From an uncultured delta proteobacterium (GTDB lineage Bacteria; Myxococcota_A; Polyangia; Polyangiales; Polyangiaceae): 64,000 nucleotides of DNA. Every line of letters starts with the position of its first letter. The stretch's first letter is position 1. Below are positions 30,662 through 40,409 of this stretch, piece after piece. The stretch spans positions 160,001-224,000 of the forward strand of contig CAWKKR010000008.1 in assembly GCA_963850305.1 (NCBI GenBank). Reading direction: 5' to 3'. The notes beneath the pieces are model-generated. The model ran no database searches. It had not been told where the DNA came from and saw nothing but the letters and a program-made list of their open reading frames with translations. The position numbers and the translations under genes are program-made.

Positions 30662-32283
30662 ATCGTCTCCGGTTCGGAGGAAATGACGTCGACGCCGGCC
30701 ACCGGATCCCGGCTGAGCGCGGCTGCCGCGGCGGCGCTATCGCCCACCGGGATGGTGACGCGCATGCGAGCGCCGCCGAGCGGGCTCTCTTGCGCCGAGA
30801 TCGCGCCGCCGTGTTCGACTATGATCTTCTTCACGATCGCGAGTCCGAGTCCCGTGCCGTCGTGCTTCGTGGTCACGTAGGGGTCGAAGATTCTCTCACG
30901 ACTCCCCGCGTCGATGCCCGGCCCATCGTCGTCCACGTCAATCTGCCAGAAATCCCCGGCTCGCGAGAGCGCCACGACGGCCTTGCCGCCGGCGCGGCCC
31001 TGATCGCGGATCGCCTGAAACGAATTTCGAACCAGGTTGATGAGAACGCGCCTCAGCATCTGGCGGTCGAGGTGAGCGGGTGCCGGCCCGTCGGGGAGAC
31101 GGAACGAGACGTCCACGCGCGCGCTCGGTTTCCTGCTCCCCTCGTCTTCCGGGAGGGTCTCGTCGCGGAGCAGCGCCTGGCTCGCCTGCTCCTCGAGGAA
31201 AGCCCTGAGGTCCGCGGGCTCGAGATTCGCCCGGGGCAGCCGCGCGAAGTCGGAGAACTCACCGACGAGCCGCCGCAGCGTGCCCACCTCGGCTTCGACC
31301 ACCTCGAGCGTCGCGTCGAGCAGCTTCCGGAACTGCGGATCGGGTCCCGGGTAACGCTGATGGATCTCCTGGACGGCGAGCTGGATGGGCGTCAAAGGGT
31401 TCTTGATCTCGTGCGCGAGGCGGCGCGCCATTTCTTGCCACGCGCCGATGCGCTGGAGAAATTCGATGCGCGCTCGCGTCGTCTCGATCTCCGCGAGCAT
31501 GCGATTGAACGCGCGCGCGAGGTCTCCGACCTCGTCGGTGCCGACCTCCGCGACGCGCGTCGCGAGATCCCCCTTGCCGACGCGGCCAGCCGCCTCGGCG
31601 AGCCGGACCACGCGCGTCGACACGCCACGCGCGAGGAGCGTCCCGACGCCGATCGCCGCGACGATCGACAAGCCGAGGAGCACCGCGAACGCGAGGAGGT
31701 ACGCGCGCTCGTCTGCCCTCCGCCGCGCGGCGATCTGGTCGTACAGGTCTACGAACTGACTCATCCGATCGAGCCCGTCGTATCGCGAGCGTTGGGCGGC
31801 AAAGACCAGCGACAGGGCCGGACTGCCGTCCTCGTCCTTCTTCTCCGCCTGTTCGCCCAGAGGTCGACGCACCTCGAGGGACAGCTCGTGTGCATCGTCG
31901 ATCGGGTGGCCGCGGTCGGCACTTGCGAGCCTGGCGTCATCGTTCGCGACCGTCGCGGATACGAGATCCGGGTGACGACGAACCACGTCCCCGAGGACGC
32001 GGCGCATGGCCGCCGGGTCGTGCTTTGCGACGGCCGCGACGAGCGCGGGTTCTTCGGCGATGGCGGTCGCTTCGTTCCGCATCGCCTTCTTGTCGGCGCG
32101 TGCGAGCTCCTGGTAGAGACCGAGCGCCTCGTCGAGCCGCGCTCCGATGTCGGGCACGAAGAACCGCTCCGATGTCTGCCGGACCATGCTCTTGGCCAGA
32201 TAGACGGCGCCCAGGAGCGGGATCAGCGCCGTCAGGACGATCGCCGCCGCCAGTCTCCGCTCGATCCTGCCGGTCGAGGCCAT
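30658..32283 (-). CDS. NtrY-like sensor histidine kinase (HAMP, HisKA, HATPase)
   Basis: Two TMs, DEVGDLARAFNRM, AWQEMARRLAHEIKNPLTPIQL, NLVRN, DDGPG, GTGLGL. Confidence 0.95.
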   Translation of the reverse strand: MASTGRIERRLAAAIVLTALIPLLGAVYLAKSMVRQTSERFFVPDIGARLDEALGLYQELARADKKAMRNEATAIAEEPALVAAVAKHDPAAMRRVLGDVVRRHPDLVSATVANDDARLASADRGHPIDDAHELSLEVRRPLGEQAEKKDEDGSPALSLVFAAQRSRYDGLDRMSQFVDLYDQIAARRRADERAYLLAFAVLLGLSIVAAIGVGTLLARGVSTRVVRLAEAAGRVGKGDLATRVAEVGTDEVGDLARAFNRMLAEIETTRARIEFLQRIGAWQEMARRLAHEIKNPLTPIQLAVQEIHQRYPGPDPQFRKLLDATLEVVEAEVGTLRRLVGEFSDFARLPRANLEPADLRAFLEEQASQALLRDETLPEDEGSRKPSARVDVSFRLPDGPAPAHLDRQMLRRVLINLVRNSFQAIRDQGRAGGKAVVALSRAGDFWQIDVDDDGPGIDAGSRERIFDPYVTTKHDGTGLGLAIVKKIIVEHGGAISAQESPLGGARMRVTIPVGDSAAAAAALSRDPVAGVDVISSEPETM

Positions 32284-32288
32284 CCCGG

Positions 32289-33224
32289 TTATCTCTTGGC
32301 CCCGCCGTTCCCGGGCCGCGCCGACAGAAGATCGCGAAGTATCGACAGCGGCTCGAGCATGCCTGCGCGTTCGATCCACGACGACAGTCCGAAGCGCGCC
32401 GACAGCTCACGCGCCGCCACCGCCGCGACCCGACCGACGTCGAACGCGAGGGGGATCGAGAGCGCGACGTTCGCGGGATGGAACACGAGCTCCCGGGCGG
32501 CGACGGCGGCGGCCCATGCGCCCGGCTCTCGATCCGCGACCAGCGACTTCCACGTGCGCGCCTCGGCAAAGCAGCCGAGCGCGAGCGGCCCCACGGAGAG
32601 CTCGTACGCGCGAGCGAGGCCCCTCGCATCTCGCGTGAAGTCCCCCGAGCGCATCCCCATCTCCGTTCGCGCGGTCGCCGGGCCCGCGATGCGATCGAAC
32701 CCGCCCGGCCCGCGATGCGCCGCGAACGCGGTCGAGACCTCGCCGCCTTCGAACGCGCCGAGCACGAGGGTCTTCCCGACCGGACAGAGCACGTCGAGCG
32801 CGCGCTCAATCGTCGCGACGCTCGGCAAGAGCTCGCGCGCGTCGCGCGGGCACGACTCCAGCAACCCCTCCCCGGCGAGCTCCCGCACCGTGACCGCGAG
32901 CTTCGATATTTGCCCCGATAAGTCGTCCAGGGGCTCGACGCGACGCGCGAAACGCTCGCAGAGAATCGGCAGCACGCGCCGGTCGAGCCGCGTGGCCCAT
33001 GCCCCCCCGCGCGCTTCGAGTAGCGCCGCAAGACTCGCATCGGCGTGAATCCCCTGGGGCTCGAGGCGGCCACGCGCGGTCGACCAGAGCTTCACGACGC
33101 GCGCGCCGTCCACGACCAGAATCAGGCCGTCCCTCTGCCACGGCGCCCTGCCTCCGAGGATATCGCCGATGGCGATCCAATCGGAGGCGTCGAATTCTTC
33201 GACGCGCACGTCGGCGGTCAACAT
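32289..33224 (-). CDS. Hypothetical protein
   Basis: 311-aa ORF with normal composition, 5 nt upstream of the kinase; first gene of a long minus-strand run. Confidence 0.7.
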   Translation of the reverse strand: MLTADVRVEEFDASDWIAIGDILGGRAPWQRDGLILVVDGARVVKLWSTARGRLEPQGIHADASLAALLEARGGAWATRLDRRVLPILCERFARRVEPLDDLSGQISKLAVTVRELAGEGLLESCPRDARELLPSVATIERALDVLCPVGKTLVLGAFEGGEVSTAFAAHRGPGGFDRIAGPATARTEMGMRSGDFTRDARGLARAYELSVGPLALGCFAEARTWKSLVADREPGAWAAAVAARELVFHPANVALSIPLAFDVGRVAAVAARELSARFGLSSWIERAGMLEPLSILRDLLSARPGNGGAKR

Positions 33225-33250
33225 CGGTGGCAGGAAGTATAGTCGGAACG

Positions 33251-34576
33251 ATGACGCTGCCCAGCGGCCCCGAGTCCGTCTCCGATCTCCGTGCGTTCCT
33301 GGACGCCTCGCCGACGCCGTATCACGCCGTCGCGGAAGTCTCGCGCCGCCTGCGTGCCGCCGGGTTTCGCGAGCTGGACGAACGGGACGAATGGCGCGTC
33401 GCTCCGGGCGATAGCGGGTACGTCGTGCGCGGAGGCACGATCGTGGCGTTCGTGGCTGGCAGCGCGCCGCCTTCGCGAGCGGGTTTCCGGGTCATCGGGG
33501 CGCACACGGACTCCCCGACCCTGCGCGTCAAGCCGCGTGGCGAGACGCGCGTCCAGGGCCAGACGCAGCTCGCCGTGGAGGTCTACGGCAGCCCGCTCCT
33601 CCACACCTGGCTCGACCGAGACCTTTCCCTCGCGGGACGGGTGAGCCTCATCGATGGCTCCACGCACCTCGTGAGATTCGACCGCTCGCTTTGCCGGATC
33701 TCGAACCTCGCGATTCATCTCAGCCCCAGCCTGGCGACGGACGGACTCCGGCTGAACCCGCAGCAGCACGTCGTTCCGACGCTCGGCCTCGCCGAAGACG
33801 ACCTCCCCGTACTCGCCGAGCTGATCTCCGTCGAGCTCCACGCCCGCGGAGAAGCCGAGGCCACCGCCGACGCCGTCGCGGCGTTCGATCTCATGCTGTA
33901 CGACACGCTCCAGGCCGCGACTCTGGGCGCGCACGACGAGTTCCTTGCCTCGTCGCGCATCGACAATCTGGTGTCGTGTCACGCTGCCACGGTCGCCTTG
34001 ACCTCGAACCTCGAACCTCGCAACGCGACGCGCGCCATCGTCCTTTACGACCACGAGGAAGTCGGGAGCCAGAGCGCGACCGGCGCGGGGGGAGCCTTTC
34101 TGCGAACGGTCCTGGAGCGGCTCACGTTCGCCCTCCCCGGCGGCTCGGCGGACGCCGCGCCGCGCGCCTTCGCGCATTCGCTCCTCGTCTCCGCGGACAT
34201 GGCCCACGCGATTCATCCGAACCACGCCGACAAGCACGACCCGCTGCACGCGCCCAAGCTCGGCTTTGGACCCGTCATCAAGGTGAACGCGGGTCAGTCC
34301 TATGCGACGGATGCGCCCGGCGCCGCGGCATTCGAGCGGGCCTGCCGGGAGGCGGGCTTCTCGGCGCAGCGGTTCGTCGCCCGCAACGACATGCGGTGCG
34401 GCTCGACGATCGGTCCCATCTCCGCGTCGCGCCTCGGGATGCGCACGGTCGACGTCGGGAGCTCGATGCTGAGCATGCACTCTTGCCGCGAGGTTACGGC
34501 CACCTCCGACGTGCCGAAGCTCATTCAAGCGCTCGCGCGGATGCTCGAAGCCGACGCGCCGCCGTTCGCCGTCTGA
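33251..34576 (+). CDS. M18-family (aspartyl) aminopeptidase
   Basis: SPTPYHAV, GAHTDSP, TWLDRDL, RIDNL, DHEEVGS, SADMAHAIHPN, CGSTIGP, SMHSCRE. Confidence 0.95.
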   Translation: MTLPSGPESVSDLRAFLDASPTPYHAVAEVSRRLRAAGFRELDERDEWRVAPGDSGYVVRGGTIVAFVAGSAPPSRAGFRVIGAHTDSPTLRVKPRGETRVQGQTQLAVEVYGSPLLHTWLDRDLSLAGRVSLIDGSTHLVRFDRSLCRISNLAIHLSPSLATDGLRLNPQQHVVPTLGLAEDDLPVLAELISVELHARGEAEATADAVAAFDLMLYDTLQAATLGAHDEFLASSRIDNLVSCHAATVALTSNLEPRNATRAIVLYDHEEVGSQSATGAGGAFLRTVLERLTFALPGGSADAAPRAFAHSLLVSADMAHAIHPNHADKHDPLHAPKLGFGPVIKVNAGQSYATDAPGAAAFERACREAGFSAQRFVARNDMRCGSTIGPISASRLGMRTVDVGSSMLSMHSCREVTATSDVPKLIQALARMLEADAPPFAV

Positions 34577-34582
34577 CGATCC

Positions 34583-35647
34583 GTGCAAGACTCCCGCCCA
34601 GTGGAGAAACGGGTTCCTACCTACCGCTATCGCGATCCGCTCGATCATATCTGGCTTGCAGCGGCCGCTCGCATCGGCCTCTGCGTGCGCCGCACGGAAG
34701 ATGCGTACGCCTCGACGTCCGGCGACGGCGAGCTCCTGCTCGCCGCGACCCCGCATCTCGACCCGGACGACTGCCTCGCGCAGATGATCTTTCACGAACT
34801 CTGTCACTCCCTCGTCCAGGGCGAGGCGTCGTTTCGCGAACGCGACTGGGGGCTCGACAACGAATCCACGCAGGACGACTCCCGCGAGCACGCTTGCCTC
34901 CGACTCCAGGCGTGGCTGGCCGGCGCGCACGGTCTACGTCAGTTTCTCGCCCCGACGACCGACTTTCGCGCGTTCTACGACGCGCTGCCCGAAGACCCCT
35001 TCTCCCCGCGCTGGCATCCGACCACCGTCATTGCCGTACAAGCCCGCCGCCGCGCGTCCGAGCCGCCGTGGGCGCCGCATCTGGGGGAAGCTCTCGTCGC
35101 CACGCGCGCCGTCGTGGAGCGCGCCGCCGCGTTCGCGATGGACGGAGCCGAGCCGACGCGAAACCTCTTCAGCGTCGTCGGCGACGCGCCGCCCGCGCAT
35201 CCCTCGGGGCTCCCCGCCTCGCCGCTCGCGGCCGAAGAGCGAACGTGCGGCACGTGCGCCTGGCGTCACGGCGCGAACCGTTGCCGTCAGGCGCTCGCCC
35301 GCGTGAAGCCCGAGTGGCCCGGCTGCGAACGCTGGGAAGCGCCGCTCGACTGCCAGGAGTGCGGCGCCTGCTGCCGCGCGGCCTACGACTGCGTCCAGGT
35401 CACGCCGCGCGACCCCGTGCGCAAGAAACACCCCGCCCTCGTCGTCTTGCGCGGCCCCTATCTCGAGATCCAGCGCAACGGCGACCGCTGCTCGGCGCTC
35501 GCCGGAGGCCCCGAGCCCGGCAACGCCGCGCGCATCGAGCCCTACGTCTGTGCCATCTACGAAGACCGTCCGAAATCCTGCCGCGACTTCGAGAACGGTG
35601 GAGCCCACTGTCTGACCGCGCGGCGGAGAGTCGGCCTGTCGATGTGA
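34583..35647 (+). CDS. HExxH-domain protein fused to YkgJ-like cysteine-cluster domain
   Basis: FHELCH motif; CGTC..C..C; DCQECGACC...C...CAIYEDRPKSCRDF. Confidence 0.8.
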   Translation: MQDSRPVEKRVPTYRYRDPLDHIWLAAAARIGLCVRRTEDAYASTSGDGELLLAATPHLDPDDCLAQMIFHELCHSLVQGEASFRERDWGLDNESTQDDSREHACLRLQAWLAGAHGLRQFLAPTTDFRAFYDALPEDPFSPRWHPTTVIAVQARRRASEPPWAPHLGEALVATRAVVERAAAFAMDGAEPTRNLFSVVGDAPPAHPSGLPASPLAAEERTCGTCAWRHGANRCRQALARVKPEWPGCERWEAPLDCQECGACCRAAYDCVQVTPRDPVRKKHPALVVLRGPYLEIQRNGDRCSALAGGPEPGNAARIEPYVCAIYEDRPKSCRDFENGGAHCLTARRRVGLSM

Positions 35648-35721
35648 TGGCGCGGAATCACACGACGCCGCGTGCCTGGCCGTCAGCGAGGGAGTCCCTG
35701 CCGGGAAGCGCCGATCGCTCA

Positions 35722-35805
35722 CGACGAGCGATCCGTCCTTCCCGGCAAGGCTTCCCTCGCTTGCGACGAGCGATCCGTCCTTGCGGGGAAGGATTTTCGT
35801 CCCTG
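35722..35805. repeat. Degenerate intergenic repeat with 42-nt period
   Basis: cgacgagcgatccgtcctt at 35722 and 35764. Confidence 0.7.
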
Positions 35806-35913
35806 AGGAGCGAGCTGGAGTTTTCGTGCAACTGCAATCGTGGGCGCGCATTGCGCCCACGACGGAACATCACCTGGTTCGGCTGGCGCGCCGGCCGCCA
35901 CGGGAACGTGCAC

Positions 35914-36645
35914 CTAGAATGAATATCCGAGCCCGACTCCGAGCCGGAAGTCCCAGCTGCTCTGGGCCGTCACGGTGTAGCCCGTGAGGCTCGTCCCGGA
36001 GTAGGCGAGGCCAACGCGGTCGGACCAGCTGTCGTCCTGGCTCAGGTTCTTCGACGCGCGCAGGTCGATGGGGAGCTCGAGCGACGCGGGCAGATCGAAG
36101 ACCATGCCCAGGGCGAGCGCGAGCAACGTCGAGCTCTTCGCCTTGGCGTGGATGAGGCCGCTGACGCCGGTCACCGGAATCGGAGAGCTCGTGACGCTGA
36201 GATCCGGTTTCGCCGACTCGCCGACGAGGAACTCGGGACCAATGCCCGCCCAGAGACGGAACGCGGGTAACGGAAGGATGCCCTTGATGAGCAAGGGGAT
36301 GCGCGCTCCCGTCATCGTCACCTTCTCGGTCGTCTTGACCACGTTGTCGTACGTCACGTTGCGCTGCAGAATCGTCGAGTCGTAGAGCACGTCGGCCTCG
36401 ACGCCGATCACCTTGATGAACCGCGCCTCGACGTAGCCGCCCAGGTCGTACGCAAAGCCGCCCGCGCTGCCGGCGAAGCCGAGCCCCTGGTAACCCGCCG
36501 GAATCGCCGACGGCGTCGTCCAGAGGCTTCCGCCGACGAGCCCTTTCGCGCCGGCGGAAAAGTCCACCAGGCCGCTCGCCGCGGCGGGAACCGAGATGAA
36601 AGCGGAAGCGGTCGCGAACGCTGCGGCAATGGACGATTTTCGCAT
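35914..36645 (-). CDS. Outer-membrane beta-barrel protein
   Basis: Signal peptide, amphipathic strands, C-terminal RLGVGLGYSF. Confidence 0.8.
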   Translation of the reverse strand: MRKSSIAAAFATASAFISVPAAASGLVDFSAGAKGLVGGSLWTTPSAIPAGYQGLGFAGSAGGFAYDLGGYVEARFIKVIGVEADVLYDSTILQRNVTYDNVVKTTEKVTMTGARIPLLIKGILPLPAFRLWAGIGPEFLVGESAKPDLSVTSSPIPVTGVSGLIHAKAKSSTLLALALGMVFDLPASLELPIDLRASKNLSQDDSWSDRVGLAYSGTSLTGYTVTAQSSWDFRLGVGLGYSF

Positions 36646-36778
36646 CGGATCCTCACTCTCGCCAATGTGTGGACAGGAAGATAACCGAGTTTGCGCTCGT
36701 TTCACACCGCGGATTGCGATGACCACTATGCCTCGTGGATCGCGAGACCACCAAGCGGAACCCGAAGCGCGGCGCAGT

Positions 36779-38158
36779 TCAGGAGAGGAGCTGCATCATT
36801 CGGATCATGGCGGGGCGGACGCCGGTGGTGAAGCGCTTCAGACCCTGCTGCATGCTCGGGTCACCCGCACGCTGCCTCACGCCACGGGCCAGATTGAGCC
36901 GAGCGCGCTCGAGCCAGTCTGCGATGTCTTTCTCCTTCGACCAGAGATATTCCGCGTTCATGCCGATGAGCATTCCCCGCACCCAGTCGAGAGGCACGCT
37001 CGGAAGCGGGTTCGGGGGGCAAAGGAGATTCTTCCGGTCGGTGTCGTCGCGGGTCGCTTCGATGTAGCCGACCACGGCCGCATTGAAAGGAATCAATCCG
37101 AGCCGGATCGGCTGCAGCGTGATCCGGTCTTCCGCGAAGACAGGTACCCCTCGATTGGGGTTGAGTCCGATCGCAGCGCAGTGAACGTGCAGCTGGCTTC
37201 GGCTCGTGGGGACGGTGCCGTGATCGAGCACGATGGTATCGCGTTCGATGCGGCGGACCTTTCCGCGGCGGACGACGTTCTCGATGCGCCGGAGTTGTTC
37301 GACCTCGCGAGTGCTCAGCGTCGGTCCGCGGTACATCGTCGGCACGACGCTCTCGTCCACGCGCAGGAACTGCTCGGCCGCTTCGAGCCGGGCGAACAGG
37401 TCGTCGACGGAGCTCGCCTCGGCCGCGGCCTCCATCTGCAGCGCCAGGCCCTCGATCTGGGTTGAAACCAGCTCCCCACCCTGGAAGAACTTTCGATTTT
37501 GAAGCCACGCCTCGCGTGGCTTGATCCAGAGGATGGCCGCGGGCGAGACGCCCTGGTCGAGGAGCCACGTGCAGGCGTCCATCGCGGTCTTGCCGGCACC
37601 GATGATCACGTATCCCTCCGCCTCCTCCGCCAGGCGACTCAGCTCTCCGACGGGCACGCACCTCGCTTCCGGCGCGACCTCGAACGGGGGCGGAGTGCTG
37701 CTCGGGGTGGACGTCTCGAGGTACCTCGCGTCCACGAACTTCTTCCTGACCTTGACCTCGTAGACCTCGCCGGACAGACGCGAGACGAAGCGATGGGGGC
37801 TCACGTAGCTGCACATCGGGAAGTACCGCACCCGCCCCGAAGGCAAGAGCTTCTCCCGCATGACCCGGTCGAAGTAGGCGCAGATCTCGGAACCACTCGC
37901 CTGCTCGTAAAAGCCTTCGTTCGGCCCGTGGCTATCGATGACCTCGTTGCCGAGCGGTAGCGAGTTCACGCCGTAGAATGCGGACGGCTGGTGCAGCCGC
38001 ACGAATGGGTACGCCTCGATCCAGTGTCCCCCGGGCGCGTGACGCCGGTCGACCATGACGACATCCGCGTCGCAGTCGGTGATCAGCGCATCGGCGAACG
38101 CCATGCCCGCCGCTCCGCAGCCGACGACTAAATAATCGGTTTCGAGGGTTCGGGACAT
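36779..38158 (-). CDS. NAD(P)/FAD-dependent oxidoreductase
   Basis: DYLVVGCGAAG, GGHW...YPFVRLHQPS, second Rossmann IIGAGKTAMD. Confidence 0.88.
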   Translation of the reverse strand: MSRTLETDYLVVGCGAAGMAFADALITDCDADVVMVDRRHAPGGHWIEAYPFVRLHQPSAFYGVNSLPLGNEVIDSHGPNEGFYEQASGSEICAYFDRVMREKLLPSGRVRYFPMCSYVSPHRFVSRLSGEVYEVKVRKKFVDARYLETSTPSSTPPPFEVAPEARCVPVGELSRLAEEAEGYVIIGAGKTAMDACTWLLDQGVSPAAILWIKPREAWLQNRKFFQGGELVSTQIEGLALQMEAAAEASSVDDLFARLEAAEQFLRVDESVVPTMYRGPTLSTREVEQLRRIENVVRRGKVRRIERDTIVLDHGTVPTSRSQLHVHCAAIGLNPNRGVPVFAEDRITLQPIRLGLIPFNAAVVGYIEATRDDTDRKNLLCPPNPLPSVPLDWVRGMLIGMNAEYLWSKEKDIADWLERARLNLARGVRQRAGDPSMQQGLKRFTTGVRPAMIRMMQLLS

Positions 38159-38216
38159 GCGCTGCTCGCCGCGTCCACGCGAGCGAACCACCCCGCCCCG
38201 AGAGTGTCAACACGGG

Positions 38217-39506
38217 CTACTCCGGCGAAGGGTAGTTCCGTTTCACGAAGCACAGACCGTCGGAGTTCAGGTGGCCCTGGGTGCTCTGATCGTACGTGGC
38301 GAAGTCGTAGTAATCGCGGAGACCCGTCGCGGGGTTGCCATTCGTCGCGTGGGGCACGCTTTGGGGATCGAAGCTCATGGGGCCGACGAACTTCGGGTGC
38401 ACGTCGGTGGGCGGCGGGGTGCAGTAGCGCCACTCGAGCGCGGTGCCGAGCGCGTCCGTGTACGCAGTGTAGTCGACTCCCTTCGTCAGCTCGAGCGTCA
38501 CGGTCGGCACACCCGCGTCCGGTCCGACGACGCGCGCCGCGAATTGATCGAAGTGTGCCGGTGAGTCGTGCAGCACGCTGTCCCAGAACGGATGGTCCGT
38601 GTGGATGGTCACCTGTCCGATGACCGACGCATTGCTCTCCAGCGCGATGCCGCGCTCATGCTCTTCGTCGGGGAACGGCGCCGCGGGATCGTTGTCGGGG
38701 TTCTGGCAGTTCAGATAGGACGTCGGTGACTTGAAGCACAACCTGAAGTTCACCGTGTCGGGCCAGCCCTGTCGGTCCGGCGGATAGCAACCCGGGTCGG
38801 TCTTGTCACCCTTGAACGTCGCCGTCCCGACGTAGAAGACGACGCAGTCGTCCGCTACCATCGTCTGGTAGTCCGCCAATGAAGCCGCGTCCAAGTTGAC
38901 GTTGTACGCAGACATCGTGGCGTTGACGGTGTCGAAGCCGAACGCGTACCGCGTCCCATCCGTCGCGAACGGCTGATTCCCGTTCTTGTTCTGTTTCGAC
39001 AGGGCGGCGATGGGCGCCGCTTCTTCGCCCGCGCCGCCTTTGCCCGGGAGATAGCTCGGGTCGCTGTGGGCGAGATCGATCGCCCACGGGCCGTCCACTT
39101 CCGCGACCTCGGAGCCGGTCTTCGATTGGTCGCCGGGCACGGCGTCCGGATTGTTCGACAGCGTGATCTTGTCGATCGTGACGAGCAGGCGTGTGAACTT
39201 CACGTCCCAACCGTCGACGAAGGCGGGGTCGTCGGGCTGTATCGGGGGGAACGGATACCCGGTTAGCGCCAGGACCTCCCCCGATGCCGCGAAGAGAATG
39301 CCGCCACCTCCAGGATCCGAGGGAGGTGTGAATGCCCGCAGGCCGCCGCTGGTGCCGGACGAACCACCGCTCCCTGTCGAGGCGTCCGAGCCGGGTGAGC
39401 CGCCGGCGCCCTCCGATGTGCCTGTGTCATTGCTGGAGCAAGCGCAGAGGCCTGCGAGCGCCGCTGCGCATACGATGAATCTGGAAACGTGGATATTCTT
39501 CTTCAT
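38217..39506 (-). CDS. Lipoprotein of unknown function in the TonB-receptor operon
   Basis: Lipobox LCA-C; FVDGWDVKF, TIHTDHPFW, HFD, GHLN; AAGGA RBS. Confidence 0.8.
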   Translation of the reverse strand: MKKNIHVSRFIVCAAALAGLCACSSNDTGTSEGAGGSPGSDASTGSGGSSGTSGGLRAFTPPSDPGGGGILFAASGEVLALTGYPFPPIQPDDPAFVDGWDVKFTRLLVTIDKITLSNNPDAVPGDQSKTGSEVAEVDGPWAIDLAHSDPSYLPGKGGAGEEAAPIAALSKQNKNGNQPFATDGTRYAFGFDTVNATMSAYNVNLDAASLADYQTMVADDCVVFYVGTATFKGDKTDPGCYPPDRQGWPDTVNFRLCFKSPTSYLNCQNPDNDPAAPFPDEEHERGIALESNASVIGQVTIHTDHPFWDSVLHDSPAHFDQFAARVVGPDAGVPTVTLELTKGVDYTAYTDALGTALEWRYCTPPPTDVHPKFVGPMSFDPQSVPHATNGNPATGLRDYYDFATYDQSTQGHLNSDGLCFVKRNYPSPE

Positions 39507-39575
39507 GTGCTTGGTCCTTCATGGATTTGGTGTCCTCGATACGGCGATGTTTGGCCATGCTTCGATTCCGTTGCG

Positions 39576-40409
39576 CTAGAGCGCCGGATCCCAGCTGAAC
39601 GTGAAGAGCGAACCTGCGCTGTGGAGGTCCAAGTAAAGGTTCGTGCTCGGCTGCGAGTAGAACGCCGGTGACGTTGGATTGATGTCGCCCGGGTCGTCGC
39701 TGAACGTGTAGACGCCGTTCCTCGAGACGAGCTGTCCGAAGTCCACGTTCACGAAGAGCTGGCGCGGGTCGATCCGGAGGAGCAGCCCGCCGGTGGTCTC
39801 GAGCGTCACGTCCGTCTCGATGGGAGACACGATGCGCTGCTTGCAGATCGGGTCCGCGCCCGCGGTGACGCCGGTCGATTCGGCGCGGTTGCTGGAGATG
39901 GTGATCTGACCGACGAATGGGCGCACGTCCGTCCCGAGCGTCGCCGTGCCTTCGACGTCGAGGATGGGACTCGTATCCGGGTCCGCGACTTCATTGACGT
40001 CCCCATGCGTGAGCCACACCTGACCGACGAGAGCCTGGAGGGTCGTGCCGTGTCCTTCGCCCGGAAAGTCCTGGGGAGCGGGCGACAGGAGATCGATGTC
40101 GAGAGCCGTCAGGACTTCCGCGACGTACGTGCCGGGCAGGATGCACGCGGAGTTCTGCGCGCCGGACACGGGCAGACTCTGTTCGAGGTACATCGCGCCG
40201 ACGTGCAAGGTCGCCTTCGTGAGAGAGACGGTCCACCCTCGGTCCGTGGTGAAGTCGAGGGGTTGCCCCGCAGTAGCGTCCGCCGGTCCCGCGGCAGCCG
40301 CGGGAAAGTCGATGATGTCGTCCCCCGTCGTGCCGGTGCACGCGGCGGACGAGAGCGCCATCGCGACGGAAACCAGGGTGCGCAGGGCCGTCGAGCTGCG
40401 GAACTTCAT
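39576..40409 (-). CDS. Lipoprotein of unknown function in the TonB-receptor operon
   Basis: ATG overlaps the receptor stop (TGATG); lipobox SAA-C; GWTVSLTKATLHVG. Confidence 0.8.
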   Translation of the reverse strand: MKFRSSTALRTLVSVAMALSSAACTGTTGDDIIDFPAAAAGPADATAGQPLDFTTDRGWTVSLTKATLHVGAMYLEQSLPVSGAQNSACILPGTYVAEVLTALDIDLLSPAPQDFPGEGHGTTLQALVGQVWLTHGDVNEVADPDTSPILDVEGTATLGTDVRPFVGQITISSNRAESTGVTAGADPICKQRIVSPIETDVTLETTGGLLLRIDPRQLFVNVDFGQLVSRNGVYTFSDDPGDINPTSPAFYSQPSTNLYLDLHSAGSLFTFSWDPAL

